Source: Bacteroidales bacterium
GTDB lineage: Bacteria > Bacteroidota > Bacteroidia > Bacteroidales > UBA932
DNA length: 64,000 bases
Reading direction: 5' to 3'
Assembly: GCA_017848635.1 (NCBI GenBank)
Contig: JAFIHK010000010.1
Location: 5,539 to 69,538 of the forward strand
Position numbers and translations under genes: made by a program. The notes beneath the pieces are model-generated. The model worked only from the letters and a program-made list of their open reading frames with translations. It had not been told where the DNA came from and ran no database searches. How positions within the stretch are numbered: position 1 is the stretch's first letter; the number at the start of each line of letters is the position of its first letter. Below are positions 38,430-47,335 of this stretch, piece by piece.

Positions 38430-39608
38430 ATGGTTAGTAATAATATGTGGTCGAGGATAACAATTACACTTTGTGTTATCCTCCTATCCCTCTCTCCGAA
38501 CAAATCGTTAGCTCAGTCTACAGTTGCAGTAATTCCTTATGAATTAACAGCTGGAAAGATGATTATCAAGATGTATCTTAATGAAAAAGAGGAGCGTTTC
38601 ATTTTTGATACGGGGGCGAGTAAAACATCTTTGTCAACCAAATATTGTCAGGAAAACAACTATATTGTTGTAGACTCTACGCTGATAAGTGATGCTACAA
38701 GCAATACGTCATACTATAAGATGACAAGAATTGCCTCTTTGCTTACAACTGATAATAAAATCAGGTTTACATCTATCCCAACACTGATTATGCCTGAGCC
38801 TTCACCACTGATGTGTCTGAACGTTATTGGAATAATTGGTAGCGATATTCTTCAGAATCTGATATGTACAATTGATCCAAATAGTAAGACAATCACTTTG
38901 ACAACTGCCGAGAAACCGGTCGCCGAGTCATTAAGATATTCTCACAGGTTTGCGGATAACGGCTTTATGCCTGTATTCTCTCTTTTTCTTAACGGAGTTG
39001 AGACAAAAGTTCTTTTTGACACCGGATGTTCTTCATTTATGGCATTGAGAGATAAAGACTTTGAAAATATGAGAAAGTTAAATGTGATAAAGATTGTTAA
39101 AGAGGGAGAGGGTGTTACCAGTATAGGACTATCCGGCAAACTCGAGTCAATCAGCAACTATCTTGTTTATATCAAAGATATGAGAGTTGGTCCGGTAAAA
39201 TTTGCGAATGTAGTCACCGAGACCTCAAATACTCCACTAACTCTTATGGGCACAAGTTTTCTCAATTTTGCCAAAGTGATTATAGATTATCCGAGGAGAT
39301 TGCTTTACTACCTGCCTTACTCATCAGAGCCAATTACACCTGTATATAAGACTACCAATTTCGGACTTACAATAAAGGATAGAAAACTTGTTGTAACCCA
39401 TATCTGGAAAAACCTTGAAGGGGTATTGTCGGAAGGGGATCTAATCACTCATATTAACGGAGTGGAGACGGGTGTATACGATTTTTGTGACCTCTGTTCT
39501 GGGATTAAAGAGTTGAGGGTGCCGGGGAAAAAGATGTTCACAATCAGAAAAAAAGATGGCAAGACTGTAGAGATAGAATACATTGTGGAGAATTTTGAAT
39601 TTAAATAA
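38430..39608 (+). CDS. exported protein with two retropepsin-like aspartic protease domains and a C-terminal PDZ-like domain
   Basis: FIFDTGASKTSL with VIGIIGSDILQNL, then VLFDTGCSSFMAL with TLMGTSFLNF. The C-terminal GDLITHINGVE resembles PDZ. Confidence 0.72.
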   Translation: MVSNNMWSRITITLCVILLSLSPNKSLAQSTVAVIPYELTAGKMIIKMYLNEKEERFIFDTGASKTSLSTKYCQENNYIVVDSTLISDATSNTSYYKMTRIASLLTTDNKIRFTSIPTLIMPEPSPLMCLNVIGIIGSDILQNLICTIDPNSKTITLTTAEKPVAESLRYSHRFADNGFMPVFSLFLNGVETKVLFDTGCSSFMALRDKDFENMRKLNVIKIVKEGEGVTSIGLSGKLESISNYLVYIKDMRVGPVKFANVVTETSNTPLTLMGTSFLNFAKVIIDYPRRLLYYLPYSSEPITPVYKTTNFGLTIKDRKLVVTHIWKNLEGVLSEGDLITHINGVETGVYDFCDLCSGIKELRVPGKKMFTIRKKDGKTVEIEYIVENFEFK

Positions 39609-39613
39609 AAGAG

Positions 39614-40888
39614 ATGAAAAAAAACATTTTATTATTAATAGTTAGCTTTTTGTCAACGACTCTATTTTCACAGGCTACTGTGACCAAGAGCGAGTCAATT
39701 ACATATAGAGAGCTTGATGGCCGGATTGTGCTTAAAGTTACTCTGAACGGAATAGAGGGCGATTTTATTCTAGATTTAGCAGGTAAATGTGCTCTCCTGC
39801 CAGAGTTTGCCCAAAAGGCAGGAATTACGGACATTCAGCCAGTAACAAATCCTATAGAGAATTATCACTATAAAAAGGTCAAGACTGCCGGAAAATGTAC
39901 GATTAATACAATTGCAATAGGAAATAACATTTTTGCGAATGCCCTGACCGCGTTTATTATTTCGGATGATTCGGCAGAATATCTCCGGAAAATGGGAATC
40001 GCAGGTACAATTGGCGGATCATTGCTGCAGAATGTTGTATTTACCATTGATAAAAAGGGGAAGAGAGTATTTGCATCTACACCCTATAAACCCGTATTTA
40101 TAAGTACAACAGAGAGAGCAAACTGTAAAATACTACCTGGAGTTACTCCCGAGTTTGAGATATATATAAACGGCAAACCGGTAAATGTAATTCTGGATAC
40201 ATGGGAAAAAGGTCTGGTTTCATTAAGTTCCGAATCACTATTGCCCGCACAGGGTATTAAGAAGGGTTCCGGAAAAATCTCCGGGAGTGGTTACAGTGCC
40301 GATATTTCAGCAGTTAAAGCGGTTAGTGCCGATGATATATCTTTTATAAATGTAAAGGTAAAAGATGGCATTGTAACCATTAACCCATCTCTTTCAAAGC
40401 CGGTTATAGGACTATCGATGCTAGATTACGGAGTTGTTTCGATCGACTACCAGAGATTCAAGATATATTTCCAATCCTATGACAAGACAATCATAAAAGA
40501 GGAGGCAAAGGCAGAATTGGCCAAAATAGAGCCAGGTAAAGTCAATCCAATCACAAAAGATGAGTTTATCGAATATATTTTCAATTACAAGAGTGGAGAG
40601 GAGTTCTCCCTTAAAGGAGATAAACCTGTGATTATAGATTTTTGGGCGACCTGGTGCGGTCCATGCAAAAAACTTCTACCTGTAATGGAGAAGCTGGCAT
40701 TAAAATATAAAGACCGGATTATTTTCTACAAGGTCAATGCCGATTTGGAGAAGGAGTTGTGTTCAAAGTACAATATTAACGCTTTACCAACATTGATTAT
40801 GGCGGCTCCGGGAAAGGCGCCGATCTTTGAAGTCGGTGATGTATCGGACAAGCTTATAGAGATTATAGAGAATAAGCTTCTTAAATAA
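39614..40888 (+). CDS. exported paralogue with two degenerate retropepsin-like domains fused to a C-terminal thioredoxin domain
   Basis: FILDLAGKCALL with IAGTIGGSLLQNVVFTID is collinear with the upstream gene, but the DTG motif is degenerate. The second lobe reads VILDTWEKG. The C-terminus has VIIDFWATWCGPCKKLLP and ALPTLIM thioredoxin motifs. Confidence 0.72.
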   Translation: MKKNILLLIVSFLSTTLFSQATVTKSESITYRELDGRIVLKVTLNGIEGDFILDLAGKCALLPEFAQKAGITDIQPVTNPIENYHYKKVKTAGKCTINTIAIGNNIFANALTAFIISDDSAEYLRKMGIAGTIGGSLLQNVVFTIDKKGKRVFASTPYKPVFISTTERANCKILPGVTPEFEIYINGKPVNVILDTWEKGLVSLSSESLLPAQGIKKGSGKISGSGYSADISAVKAVSADDISFINVKVKDGIVTINPSLSKPVIGLSMLDYGVVSIDYQRFKIYFQSYDKTIIKEEAKAELAKIEPGKVNPITKDEFIEYIFNYKSGEEFSLKGDKPVIIDFWATWCGPCKKLLPVMEKLALKYKDRIIFYKVNADLEKELCSKYNINALPTLIMAAPGKAPIFEVGDVSDKLIEIIENKLLK

Positions 40889-40919
40889 CAAACATTATAT
40901 ATAGTTACTTTGTGTGGAA

Positions 40920-40951
40920 GGGGGAGTGATCTTAGGCACTCCCCCTTTTTT
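40920..40951 (+). terminator. Rho-independent terminator ending the SusCD/redox operon
   Basis: Perfect 9-bp GC-rich stem gggggagtg / cactccccc followed by TTTTTT. Confidence 0.8.
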
Positions 40952-41066
40952 ATTGATTATAAAGAATTACATTACTAAAATTCAACAGGAAATACTCCAT
41001 TTAATACACTATATAACACATATATAATACAAGTCAATTAAATAAGAGTATTATGAACTTTAAACA

Positions 41067-41099
41067 GAGAGGCCGGCCAATAAACATGGCCGGCCTCTC
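41067..41099 (-). terminator. hairpin terminator downstream of the 41126-42772 gene
   Basis: Perfect 12-bp stem gagaggccggcc / ggccggcctctc lying 27 nt after the stop codon on the minus strand. The T-tract is weak. Confidence 0.5.
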
Positions 41100-41125
41100 A
41101 GAGTGTATTATTAAGGAATATGTGA

Positions 41126-42772
41126 TTATTGATATTTCACAAATTCGATATCGGTTTTCATTCTTTCGGCAAGGTCTTTTCTCTTTGCAGCTTTCTCTAA
41201 CCAAGACTTAACTTCAGCAGCATTACCCTTACGAGCTGCAATAACAGCTTTAATGTAAGAAGAGTGAGGGCATGCGTGAGAAGCTATAGCTTTTGCAGCT
41301 TTATCGTACTGTCCGATGAGGATGTTAGCTATACTTTCGTTAGCTTCGTTTGAGCCTTCGAGTTTGCCTGCAGCAACTGCATATTTACCTTGAAGAAGAT
41401 CAATAATTGCAGAGTTGTACTTGGCAACTGTAAGGTCCGATTTTGCAAAGTTTTCGGCAGCAGCCTTAAGATCTTTGTCGCGAAGAGCAACAACACCCAT
41501 ATTGTTGTAGTAGTATTTATCTTTTGATGTAACCTTTGTAAGAGCAACTTTTGCATCGTTGATCTTGTTAGCATTGATATAAGTAGCTGCAAGGTTGTTA
41601 TATGCACGGCTGCAGTTGAATTTATCACCTGCTTTCTTGTAAAGCATTGCTTTGGTATCGCTGTCTTTAACAAGAGTTGCCGCATAGAGTAGAGCCTCCA
41701 GATCAAGAGCATCAGGATTAGATTTTACCAGGTCAACAAGCTCTGTATCGCTAAAGTTTGTATAGTCTACATTGGCAATGAATCTTGCTCTGCGGAGTTC
41801 AGGGAGAACTTTGTCTGCAAGAATCTTGAATACTTTAGACATATTACGGATCTCTCTTTCACGAACCATAGGATCGCTGTACATAGAGAGAACTCTGAGG
41901 ATAAGCTCTTTGTCCTGAATATCTGAACCGGAAACAACCTCCTGGAATCCATCCCAGTCTTCAGCAATGGTTTTTACATTAACCGGAGAGCCGGCAGGAG
42001 TATTTTTAATCTTCCCGAAAGCCTCTTTTGCAGTTTTTCCCCTCTTGTCTGAGAGTTTGCTGTTAAGGTCCATTCCTCCGTCAGGTGATGCATAAGCAAC
42101 GATATCGGTGCTCTTAACGGCTCTCTTCTGATCTTTCTCAACGAATGCAAGGAAAGCTTCGAACTCTTTGATGTCCTCTTTTGTAAGCTCTTTCTTGTTC
42201 ACTTTGGCATCATTGATTTTGTACTTGATTTGAGCCTCTTTCTTTTCAGCAATAACTTTCTGATAGTTATGAGGAGCCATTTCAACTTCTCCTTCTGCAT
42301 GAAGAAGTTTGTAAGTAGTGTTGGCACCATCGGCTACTTTATAAGGAGCAGGGAAAGGATATTTTTTAGTCTTATTCCAAACCACAGCCCTTAGTTCGAG
42401 GTGTGATTTTTCCATTCCCGGTTTGTATGCAAATTTAACAGTTTGAGAGACCTTACCACCGGCAACAGGGACAACTTTGTGATTGTCGGTAATCTTTTCT
42501 CCCTGTAAGAAATAGAGAGGAGCAGCAACTTCGCCACCATTATAAACCAATACAGGAGTAAGTTCCAGAATTGCTTTTGGGTGGAAGTACTTCTCAGGGA
42601 AACTCATTGTGTAAGTGGCAGTAATTTCGTCGGCCACAACCTCAAGCACAGCCGGAGAGCAGGATACACTTACCAAATTTGCCTCTTTTGCCATCCTTGA
42701 TGGGTTGCTGCAGGATACCATAACCAACCCTGCAACAGCAAAAGCAAAAAATTTAATTAGATTTTTTTTCAT
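41126..42772 (-). CDS. lipoprotein with C-terminal TPR-like repeats, function unknown
   Basis: Lipobox GLVMVSCSNP. Ala/Lys-rich helical repeats at the C-terminus (YNNLAATYINANKINDAKVAL ...). Confidence 0.6.
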   Translation of the reverse strand: MKKNLIKFFAFAVAGLVMVSCSNPSRMAKEANLVSVSCSPAVLEVVADEITATYTMSFPEKYFHPKAILELTPVLVYNGGEVAAPLYFLQGEKITDNHKVVPVAGGKVSQTVKFAYKPGMEKSHLELRAVVWNKTKKYPFPAPYKVADGANTTYKLLHAEGEVEMAPHNYQKVIAEKKEAQIKYKINDAKVNKKELTKEDIKEFEAFLAFVEKDQKRAVKSTDIVAYASPDGGMDLNSKLSDKRGKTAKEAFGKIKNTPAGSPVNVKTIAEDWDGFQEVVSGSDIQDKELILRVLSMYSDPMVREREIRNMSKVFKILADKVLPELRRARFIANVDYTNFSDTELVDLVKSNPDALDLEALLYAATLVKDSDTKAMLYKKAGDKFNCSRAYNNLAATYINANKINDAKVALTKVTSKDKYYYNNMGVVALRDKDLKAAAENFAKSDLTVAKYNSAIIDLLQGKYAVAAGKLEGSNEANESIANILIGQYDKAAKAIASHACPHSSYIKAVIAARKGNAAEVKSWLEKAAKRKDLAERMKTDIEFVKYQ

Positions 42773-42843
42773 TTCTGTATGAATTTTTTAAAAAAATTGT
42801 TCTTCAAAGGTGAACTACAAACATAATAAAAAAAGGGCAGATA

Positions 42844-43593
42844 TTAAAATAGCCCCATGGCAGCGAGCATTTCGAGATCGTTCGGGGTATCTATCGCATA
42901 TGTTTTTATATCGGTTTCCGCCACCTTCACTCTGAATCCGTTCTCCAACCATCTGAGCTGTTCAAGCTTTTCACAAAGTTCCAATGTTGATTGAGGCAGA
43001 GATGAAATCGTTGGAAGAATGTCTCTCCTGTATGCGTATAGACCTATATGTTTGTAATATACAACATCCTTCGCCCACTCCTCTTTTGGAATATCTCTGC
43101 GGAAAGGTATTGCTGCACGGCTAAAGTATAGTGCCTCCATTCGCGAAGAGACAATAACCTTTGGAGTATTTTCATTATGAATATCTTCTCCGGGTTCAAA
43201 CCTTTTTACAAGTGTTGCAATTTGGGTATCTTCAGATTTAAAACAGGATACAAGAGTTTTTAGCTGGAGCGGATCTATAAACGGCTCGTCGCCCTGAACA
43301 TTGACGACAATATCAAAAACATTACCACTCTCTCTTTCAATAGTCTCAATAGCTTCCCGGCATCTGTCGGTACCGCTCTGATGTTTGTCGGAAGTCATGA
43401 CAGCACTCCCTCCGAATGAGTTGACCACATTAAATATACGAAGATCGTCGGTGGCAACATAAACATGTTCGAATGCGCTCCGGGTTTGCTCGTAAACTCT
43501 CTGAATCATTGTCTTCCCTCCGATATCGGCCAGCGGTTTTCCCGGGAACCTGCTGGAACCGAAGCGTGCCGGTATAATGGCTGCAATTTCCAT
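42844..43593 (-). CDS. kdsB: 3-deoxy-manno-octulosonate cytidylyltransferase (CMP-KDO synthetase)
   Basis: N-terminus AIIPARFGSSRFPGKPLADIGGKTMIQ and NVQGDEPFI motif. I prefer the ATG at 43593 over the upstream TTG. Confidence 0.9.
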   Translation of the reverse strand: MEIAAIIPARFGSSRFPGKPLADIGGKTMIQRVYEQTRSAFEHVYVATDDLRIFNVVNSFGGSAVMTSDKHQSGTDRCREAIETIERESGNVFDIVVNVQGDEPFIDPLQLKTLVSCFKSEDTQIATLVKRFEPGEDIHNENTPKVIVSSRMEALYFSRAAIPFRRDIPKEEWAKDVVYYKHIGLYAYRRDILPTISSLPQSTLELCEKLEQLRWLENGFRVKVAETDIKTYAIDTPNDLEMLAAMGLF

Positions 43594-43647
43594 GATAGGA
43601 TGCTTAAAATTTCTCAAAGGTATAAATTTTATCTATTTTTGCGTATT

Positions 43648-44793
43648 ATGGATTTAAGAGTAATAAAACAGAGATTTGACATAATCGGTGATAATCCGGG
43701 ACTTAACAGAGCTCTTGAAGTAGCTGTTCAGGTTGCCGGTACGGATCTCTCTGTCCTTATTACAGGAGAGAGTGGCGTTGGAAAGGAGGTCATTCCGCAG
43801 ATTATTCATCTTTACAGTCCCCGCAAGCATGGTCAATACATAGCTGTTAACTGCGGAGCGATTCCCGAAGGAACCATCGATTCTGAACTATTTGGTCACG
43901 AAAAAGGCTCATTTACAGGCGCCTACGAAACAAGAAAGGGCTATTTTGAAGTTGCCGACGGCGGAACACTCTTTTTGGATGAACTGGCTGAACTACCGCT
44001 TCCCACTCAGGCAAGGCTCTTAAGAGTTCTTCAATCCGGTGAGTTCATTAAGGTGGGCTCATCGAAAGTTCAAAAAACCAATGTACGGGTTGTTGCAGCT
44101 ACAAATAAAAATCTGCTCTCTGCCATTGAACACGGAAAGTTCAGGGAGGACCTGTATTACCGTCTCAATACTGTTCCAATAACGGTACCTCCGCTTAGGG
44201 AGAGGAGAGAGGATATTCATCTGCTCTTCAAAAAGTTCGTACTTGACTTCTCAGATAAATACAAAATGCCTCCGATAAGGTTGACCCCCGATGCGCAGCA
44301 TCTGCTTGCGTCGTACAGATGGCCGGGCAATATTCGTCAACTGAAGAGCATCGTTGAACATATATCGGTAATTGAGCATAACAGAATTATTGAGGCAGAT
44401 ATACTGCGCAAATATATACCGGCCGACACTCCCAATCAGCTTCCGGTAAGAACCGAAGGGCATACGACCGATTATATGACCGACAGAGACATTATCTTTA
44501 AGGTTCTCTACCAGCTCAGGCAGGAGATAGACGAACTTAAAAGGGAGTTGGCTCAAAAGGGTGTGGCTCCTGCAAAACAGGCTGAGATACCTGAAAACTC
44601 TGTAGTGGATTACGACTTTGAAAGCAATACCGAAGAGGAGGCCAATGCCTCATCTAACTACTCAATACAGGAGGTAAATGCAGAACTTATCAAGAGAGCT
44701 CTCGAGAAGCATAAAGGAAACAGAAAGCTTGCAGCAGCAGAGCTTGGAATAAGCGAAAGGACTCTCTACAGAAAAATCAAAGAATTGAAATAG
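43648..44793 (+). CDS. sigma-54-dependent transcriptional activator (AAA+ plus Fis-type HTH) lacking an N-terminal sensory or receiver domain
   Basis: Walker A GESGVGKE, GSFTGA (a GAFTGA variant), Walker B LFLDEL, WPGNIRQL motif and C-terminal HTH AAAELGISERTLYRKIK. The ATG at 43648 follows a TATTTTTG box at 43634-43641. Confidence 0.85.
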   Translation: MDLRVIKQRFDIIGDNPGLNRALEVAVQVAGTDLSVLITGESGVGKEVIPQIIHLYSPRKHGQYIAVNCGAIPEGTIDSELFGHEKGSFTGAYETRKGYFEVADGGTLFLDELAELPLPTQARLLRVLQSGEFIKVGSSKVQKTNVRVVAATNKNLLSAIEHGKFREDLYYRLNTVPITVPPLRERREDIHLLFKKFVLDFSDKYKMPPIRLTPDAQHLLASYRWPGNIRQLKSIVEHISVIEHNRIIEADILRKYIPADTPNQLPVRTEGHTTDYMTDRDIIFKVLYQLRQEIDELKRELAQKGVAPAKQAEIPENSVVDYDFESNTEEEANASSNYSIQEVNAELIKRALEKHKGNRKLAAAELGISERTLYRKIKELK

Positions 44794-44794
44794 G

Positions 44795-45295
44795 ATGAAA
44801 AGAACCATATTTTTGCTGATCATGACGCTTTTCGCAGTTAACTCTTGCGGAGTATATACATTTTCGGGAACCTCAATAGCCGCCGATGTAACATCAATTA
44901 CGGTTAATAATATTACAAACAAGGCGATGAGAATTAATCCGGCGCTCAGTAATCAGCTTACCGAAGCTCTGATGGATAAGTACCGGAAATTTACAAAGCT
45001 TGATACCGGTTCTCCAAACGGCGATATGGAGGTTAACGGGGTAATCACAAATTACGAACTCGTCTCCCTTGGTATCACAGCGAATGAGACAGCCTCAAAA
45101 AACAGGTTAACCGTCACAATAAGAATTACATTTGAGAACAAAAAGTACCCTAAGGAGAATTTTGAAAAGTCCTATGTGGCATTTGAGGATTACAACTCAA
45201 CAGTAAGCTTCGATTCTGCCGAGTCGACACTTGTAGACGAAATCGTAAAAAAACTGGTAAACCTTGTATTTAACGATACAGTAGCAAAGTGGTAG
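44795..45295 (+). CDS. LptE-like LPS-assembly lipoprotein
   Basis: Lipobox AVNSCGVYTFSG. Size (~165 aa) and position between the sigma-54 activator and secG are typical of Bacteroidota LptE-family genes. Confidence 0.6.
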   Translation: MKRTIFLLIMTLFAVNSCGVYTFSGTSIAADVTSITVNNITNKAMRINPALSNQLTEALMDKYRKFTKLDTGSPNGDMEVNGVITNYELVSLGITANETASKNRLTVTIRITFENKKYPKENFEKSYVAFEDYNSTVSFDSAESTLVDEIVKKLVNLVFNDTVAKW

Positions 45296-45297
45296 TT

Positions 45298-45906
45298 ATG
45301 AATGATATAATTACACTGGAAAAATTACTTGAGAAGTACCCCTGGTACTCTCTTGCTCATCTGGAGCTCTACAGGCAGATGAGTGCCCGCGGTGAGGAGC
45401 ACAGGAAGGCCTATCTTAAAATAGTAGCCTCACACATGTACTCAAGGGCCAAACTCTATGTGCCGACACACTACGAGGAACCAAAACCGGAAACACCACG
45501 AATAGTGATCCCCGATTCGGAGTTCAGCTTTGAACTGGAGGATGATACCCCTATTGATGTTCCTCAACCAGAAAAGCGGGTCTTTATATCGGGAGGAGAC
45601 TACTTCTCCAAGAGTGATTTTGCCAATCTGGACCTCCGAAACGAAGATGCAATAGATCGCTTCATTCTGGAAAAACCTTCGATATCAAAAGCAGGAGAGG
45701 TACAGGGAGAGGGGAGCGAGATAACAGGGGCTGATATCTTCGAAGATATAAACTTTTATACAGAGACACTTGCCAGAATTTATGCAGAACAGGGCTTTTA
45801 TAAAAGAGCAATAGAGGTTTACGCCAAACTTATTTTGTTATATCCGGAAAAAAGTAGTTACTTTGCAACCCTTGTGCAGGAATTAAAGAATAAAAACAAT
45901 AATTGA
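45298..45906 (+). CDS. hypothetical protein with a C-terminal TPR-like motif
   Basis: LARIYAEQGFYKRAIEVYAKLILLYPEKSSY. The ATG at 45298 lies just after the lptE-like stop. Confidence 0.55.
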   Translation: MNDIITLEKLLEKYPWYSLAHLELYRQMSARGEEHRKAYLKIVASHMYSRAKLYVPTHYEEPKPETPRIVIPDSEFSFELEDDTPIDVPQPEKRVFISGGDYFSKSDFANLDLRNEDAIDRFILEKPSISKAGEVQGEGSEITGADIFEDINFYTETLARIYAEQGFYKRAIEVYAKLILLYPEKSSYFATLVQELKNKNNN

Positions 45907-45907
45907 T

Positions 45908-46276
45908 ATGTATACAGCAATAGCCATCTTGATTGTAATAGCGAGTATATTTCTCACTCTTATAGTTTTAGTGCAAAATTCAAAAGGAGGCGGACTCGCC
46001 GCCAATTTTGCCTCTGGCAATCAAACATTTGGAGTTCGTCAAACAGCGGACTTTCTTGAGAAAGCAACCTGGACTCTTGCAATTACTATAATAGTACTCT
46101 GTGTACTTGCAACAGCCTTTGTTTCCGGAAACAAACAATCCAGCTCAGTTGTTAAGGAGAAGATTGAAAATACGGCACCTGCTCAGGATAAGGCGGTTTT
46201 CCCAACAGCAACACCTTCAGGTGATGCTCAGCAAGCGAAACCGGAACAAAAACCTGCTCAGCAGAATACAAAATAG
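45908..46276 (+). CDS. secG: preprotein translocase subunit SecG
   Basis: Two TM helices with the LVQNSKGGGLA motif. Low-complexity C-terminal tail. Confidence 0.85.
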   Translation: MYTAIAILIVIASIFLTLIVLVQNSKGGGLAANFASGNQTFGVRQTADFLEKATWTLAITIIVLCVLATAFVSGNKQSSSVVKEKIENTAPAQDKAVFPTATPSGDAQQAKPEQKPAQQNTK

Positions 46277-46299
46277 TAAAATTTTTCTTACTGAATATT

Positions 46300-46330
46300 A
46301 GCCTGTTATGAAAATAACAGGCTTTTTTTG
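46300..46330 (+). terminator. Rho-independent terminator after secG
   Basis: 10-bp stem agcctgttat / ataacaggct with a gaaa loop, followed by TTTTTT. Confidence 0.8.
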
Positions 46331-46375
46331 TTATTTTTTTGGTACTATGTGATACAAGGTAATAAAAAAAATACA

Positions 46376-46383
46376 TATATTTG
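46376..46383 (+). promoter_or_regulatory. candidate -7 promoter box (TAtaTTTG) for the PspC-PadR-PspC operon
   Basis: TAnnTTTG match 38 nt upstream of the ATG at 46421. Confidence 0.35.
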
Positions 46384-46420
46384 CAGTACCAAATTCTAAC
46401 GAAACAAGAATACTATAAAA

Positions 46421-46984
46421 ATGAAAAAAGTTGTTAATGCAGGTATAGGTGGAGTCAGTTTTACAATTGATGAGGATGCCTATAATAAACTTGACAAATA
46501 TCTTGATACTTTCAGACAAAGGACCAAGATGGGATCCCAGACGGTTGATGTAATGGAGGATATTGAACAGAGAATCGCGGAACTCTTTTTAATGGAACTC
46601 AAAACAAAACAATCGGTCGTAAACATCTCAATTGTAGACAAGGTTATTGCCCAGCTCGGTATGCCAGACGGAGAGCCAATGGATGATTTTAACGTTACAT
46701 CAAACAGCAACACATTCACTATTGCTGCAAAAAGACTCTACAGAGATCCGGACAACAAGACAATAGCCGGTGTGTGCAGCGGATTGGGGCACTACTTCAA
46801 TGTTGACATTACCCTTATTAAGATCCTATTTTTCGTCTCCCTGTTTATGGCTCTTACAGGATTTTGGGTATACATTGTAATATGGATAATAGCTCCGGAG
46901 GCAGTCACTCCTGCTCAAAAATGCGAAATGAGAGGCATGCCTGTCACAGCGGAGAATATGAGGAAGTTTTCATACTTTAAATAA
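46421..46984 (+). CDS. PspC domain-containing membrane protein (short form)
   Basis: RLYRDPDNKTIAGVCSGLGHYFNVDITLIKILF followed by a TM helix. Confidence 0.8.
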   Translation: MKKVVNAGIGGVSFTIDEDAYNKLDKYLDTFRQRTKMGSQTVDVMEDIEQRIAELFLMELKTKQSVVNISIVDKVIAQLGMPDGEPMDDFNVTSNSNTFTIAAKRLYRDPDNKTIAGVCSGLGHYFNVDITLIKILFFVSLFMALTGFWVYIVIWIIAPEAVTPAQKCEMRGMPVTAENMRKFSYFK

Positions 46985-46991
46985 GATAAAA

Positions 46992-47333
46992 ATGAACGAA
47001 TTAAATACCGATAATGTAAAGTCTCAAATGCGCAAAGGTGTGCTTGAGTACTGCATTCTGAGCATCTTAAACAATAACGATGCTTACGCCTCGGAGCTGA
47101 TTGCCGAACTGAAGGAGGCCAGGATGATAGTCGTAGAGGGGACACTATATCCTCTTTTGACAAGACAGAAGAACCAGGGGCTGTTAAGCTACCGCTGGGA
47201 GGAGTCTCCACAAGGACCTCCAAGAAAATACTACTCGATTACCGATAAGGGGAAAGAGCTTCTCCAGGAGATGGATGCTGCCTGGAAGGAGGTTGTCGAT
47301 ACTATCTCTCATATAAGAAATAAAAAGAAGTAA
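46992..47333 (+). CDS. PadR family transcriptional regulator
   Basis: LEYCILSIL, YASELI and EGTLYPLLTRQKNQGLLSYRWEESPQGPPRKYYSITDKG winged-helix signature. Confidence 0.88.
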   Translation: MNELNTDNVKSQMRKGVLEYCILSILNNNDAYASELIAELKEARMIVVEGTLYPLLTRQKNQGLLSYRWEESPQGPPRKYYSITDKGKELLQEMDAAWKEVVDTISHIRNKKK

Positions 47334-47335
47334 CT

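Noticed and set aside
40952-41066. AT-rich 115-nt spacer between the two convergent terminators, checked for a tRNA, sRNA or mobile-element remnant.
   Set aside because: I could find no cloverleaf-capable GC-rich segments, no promoter box and no repeats. It looks like an ordinary convergent intergenic spacer.
41329-41712. 127-aa alternative-frame ORF (Leu/Gln/Thr-rich) within the 548-aa lipoprotein gene.
   Set aside because: It is a same-strand overlapping frame of a repetitive Ala/Lys-rich coding region. It has low complexity and no independent start context.
43465-43647. N-terminal 61-aa extension of the sigma-54 activator ORF overlapping kdsB on the opposite strand.
   Set aside because: The extension has no homology-like features and would overlap the kdsB coding sequence and its start. 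The ATG at 43648 gives the conserved MDLRVIKQRFDIIG start and is preceded by a promoter box.
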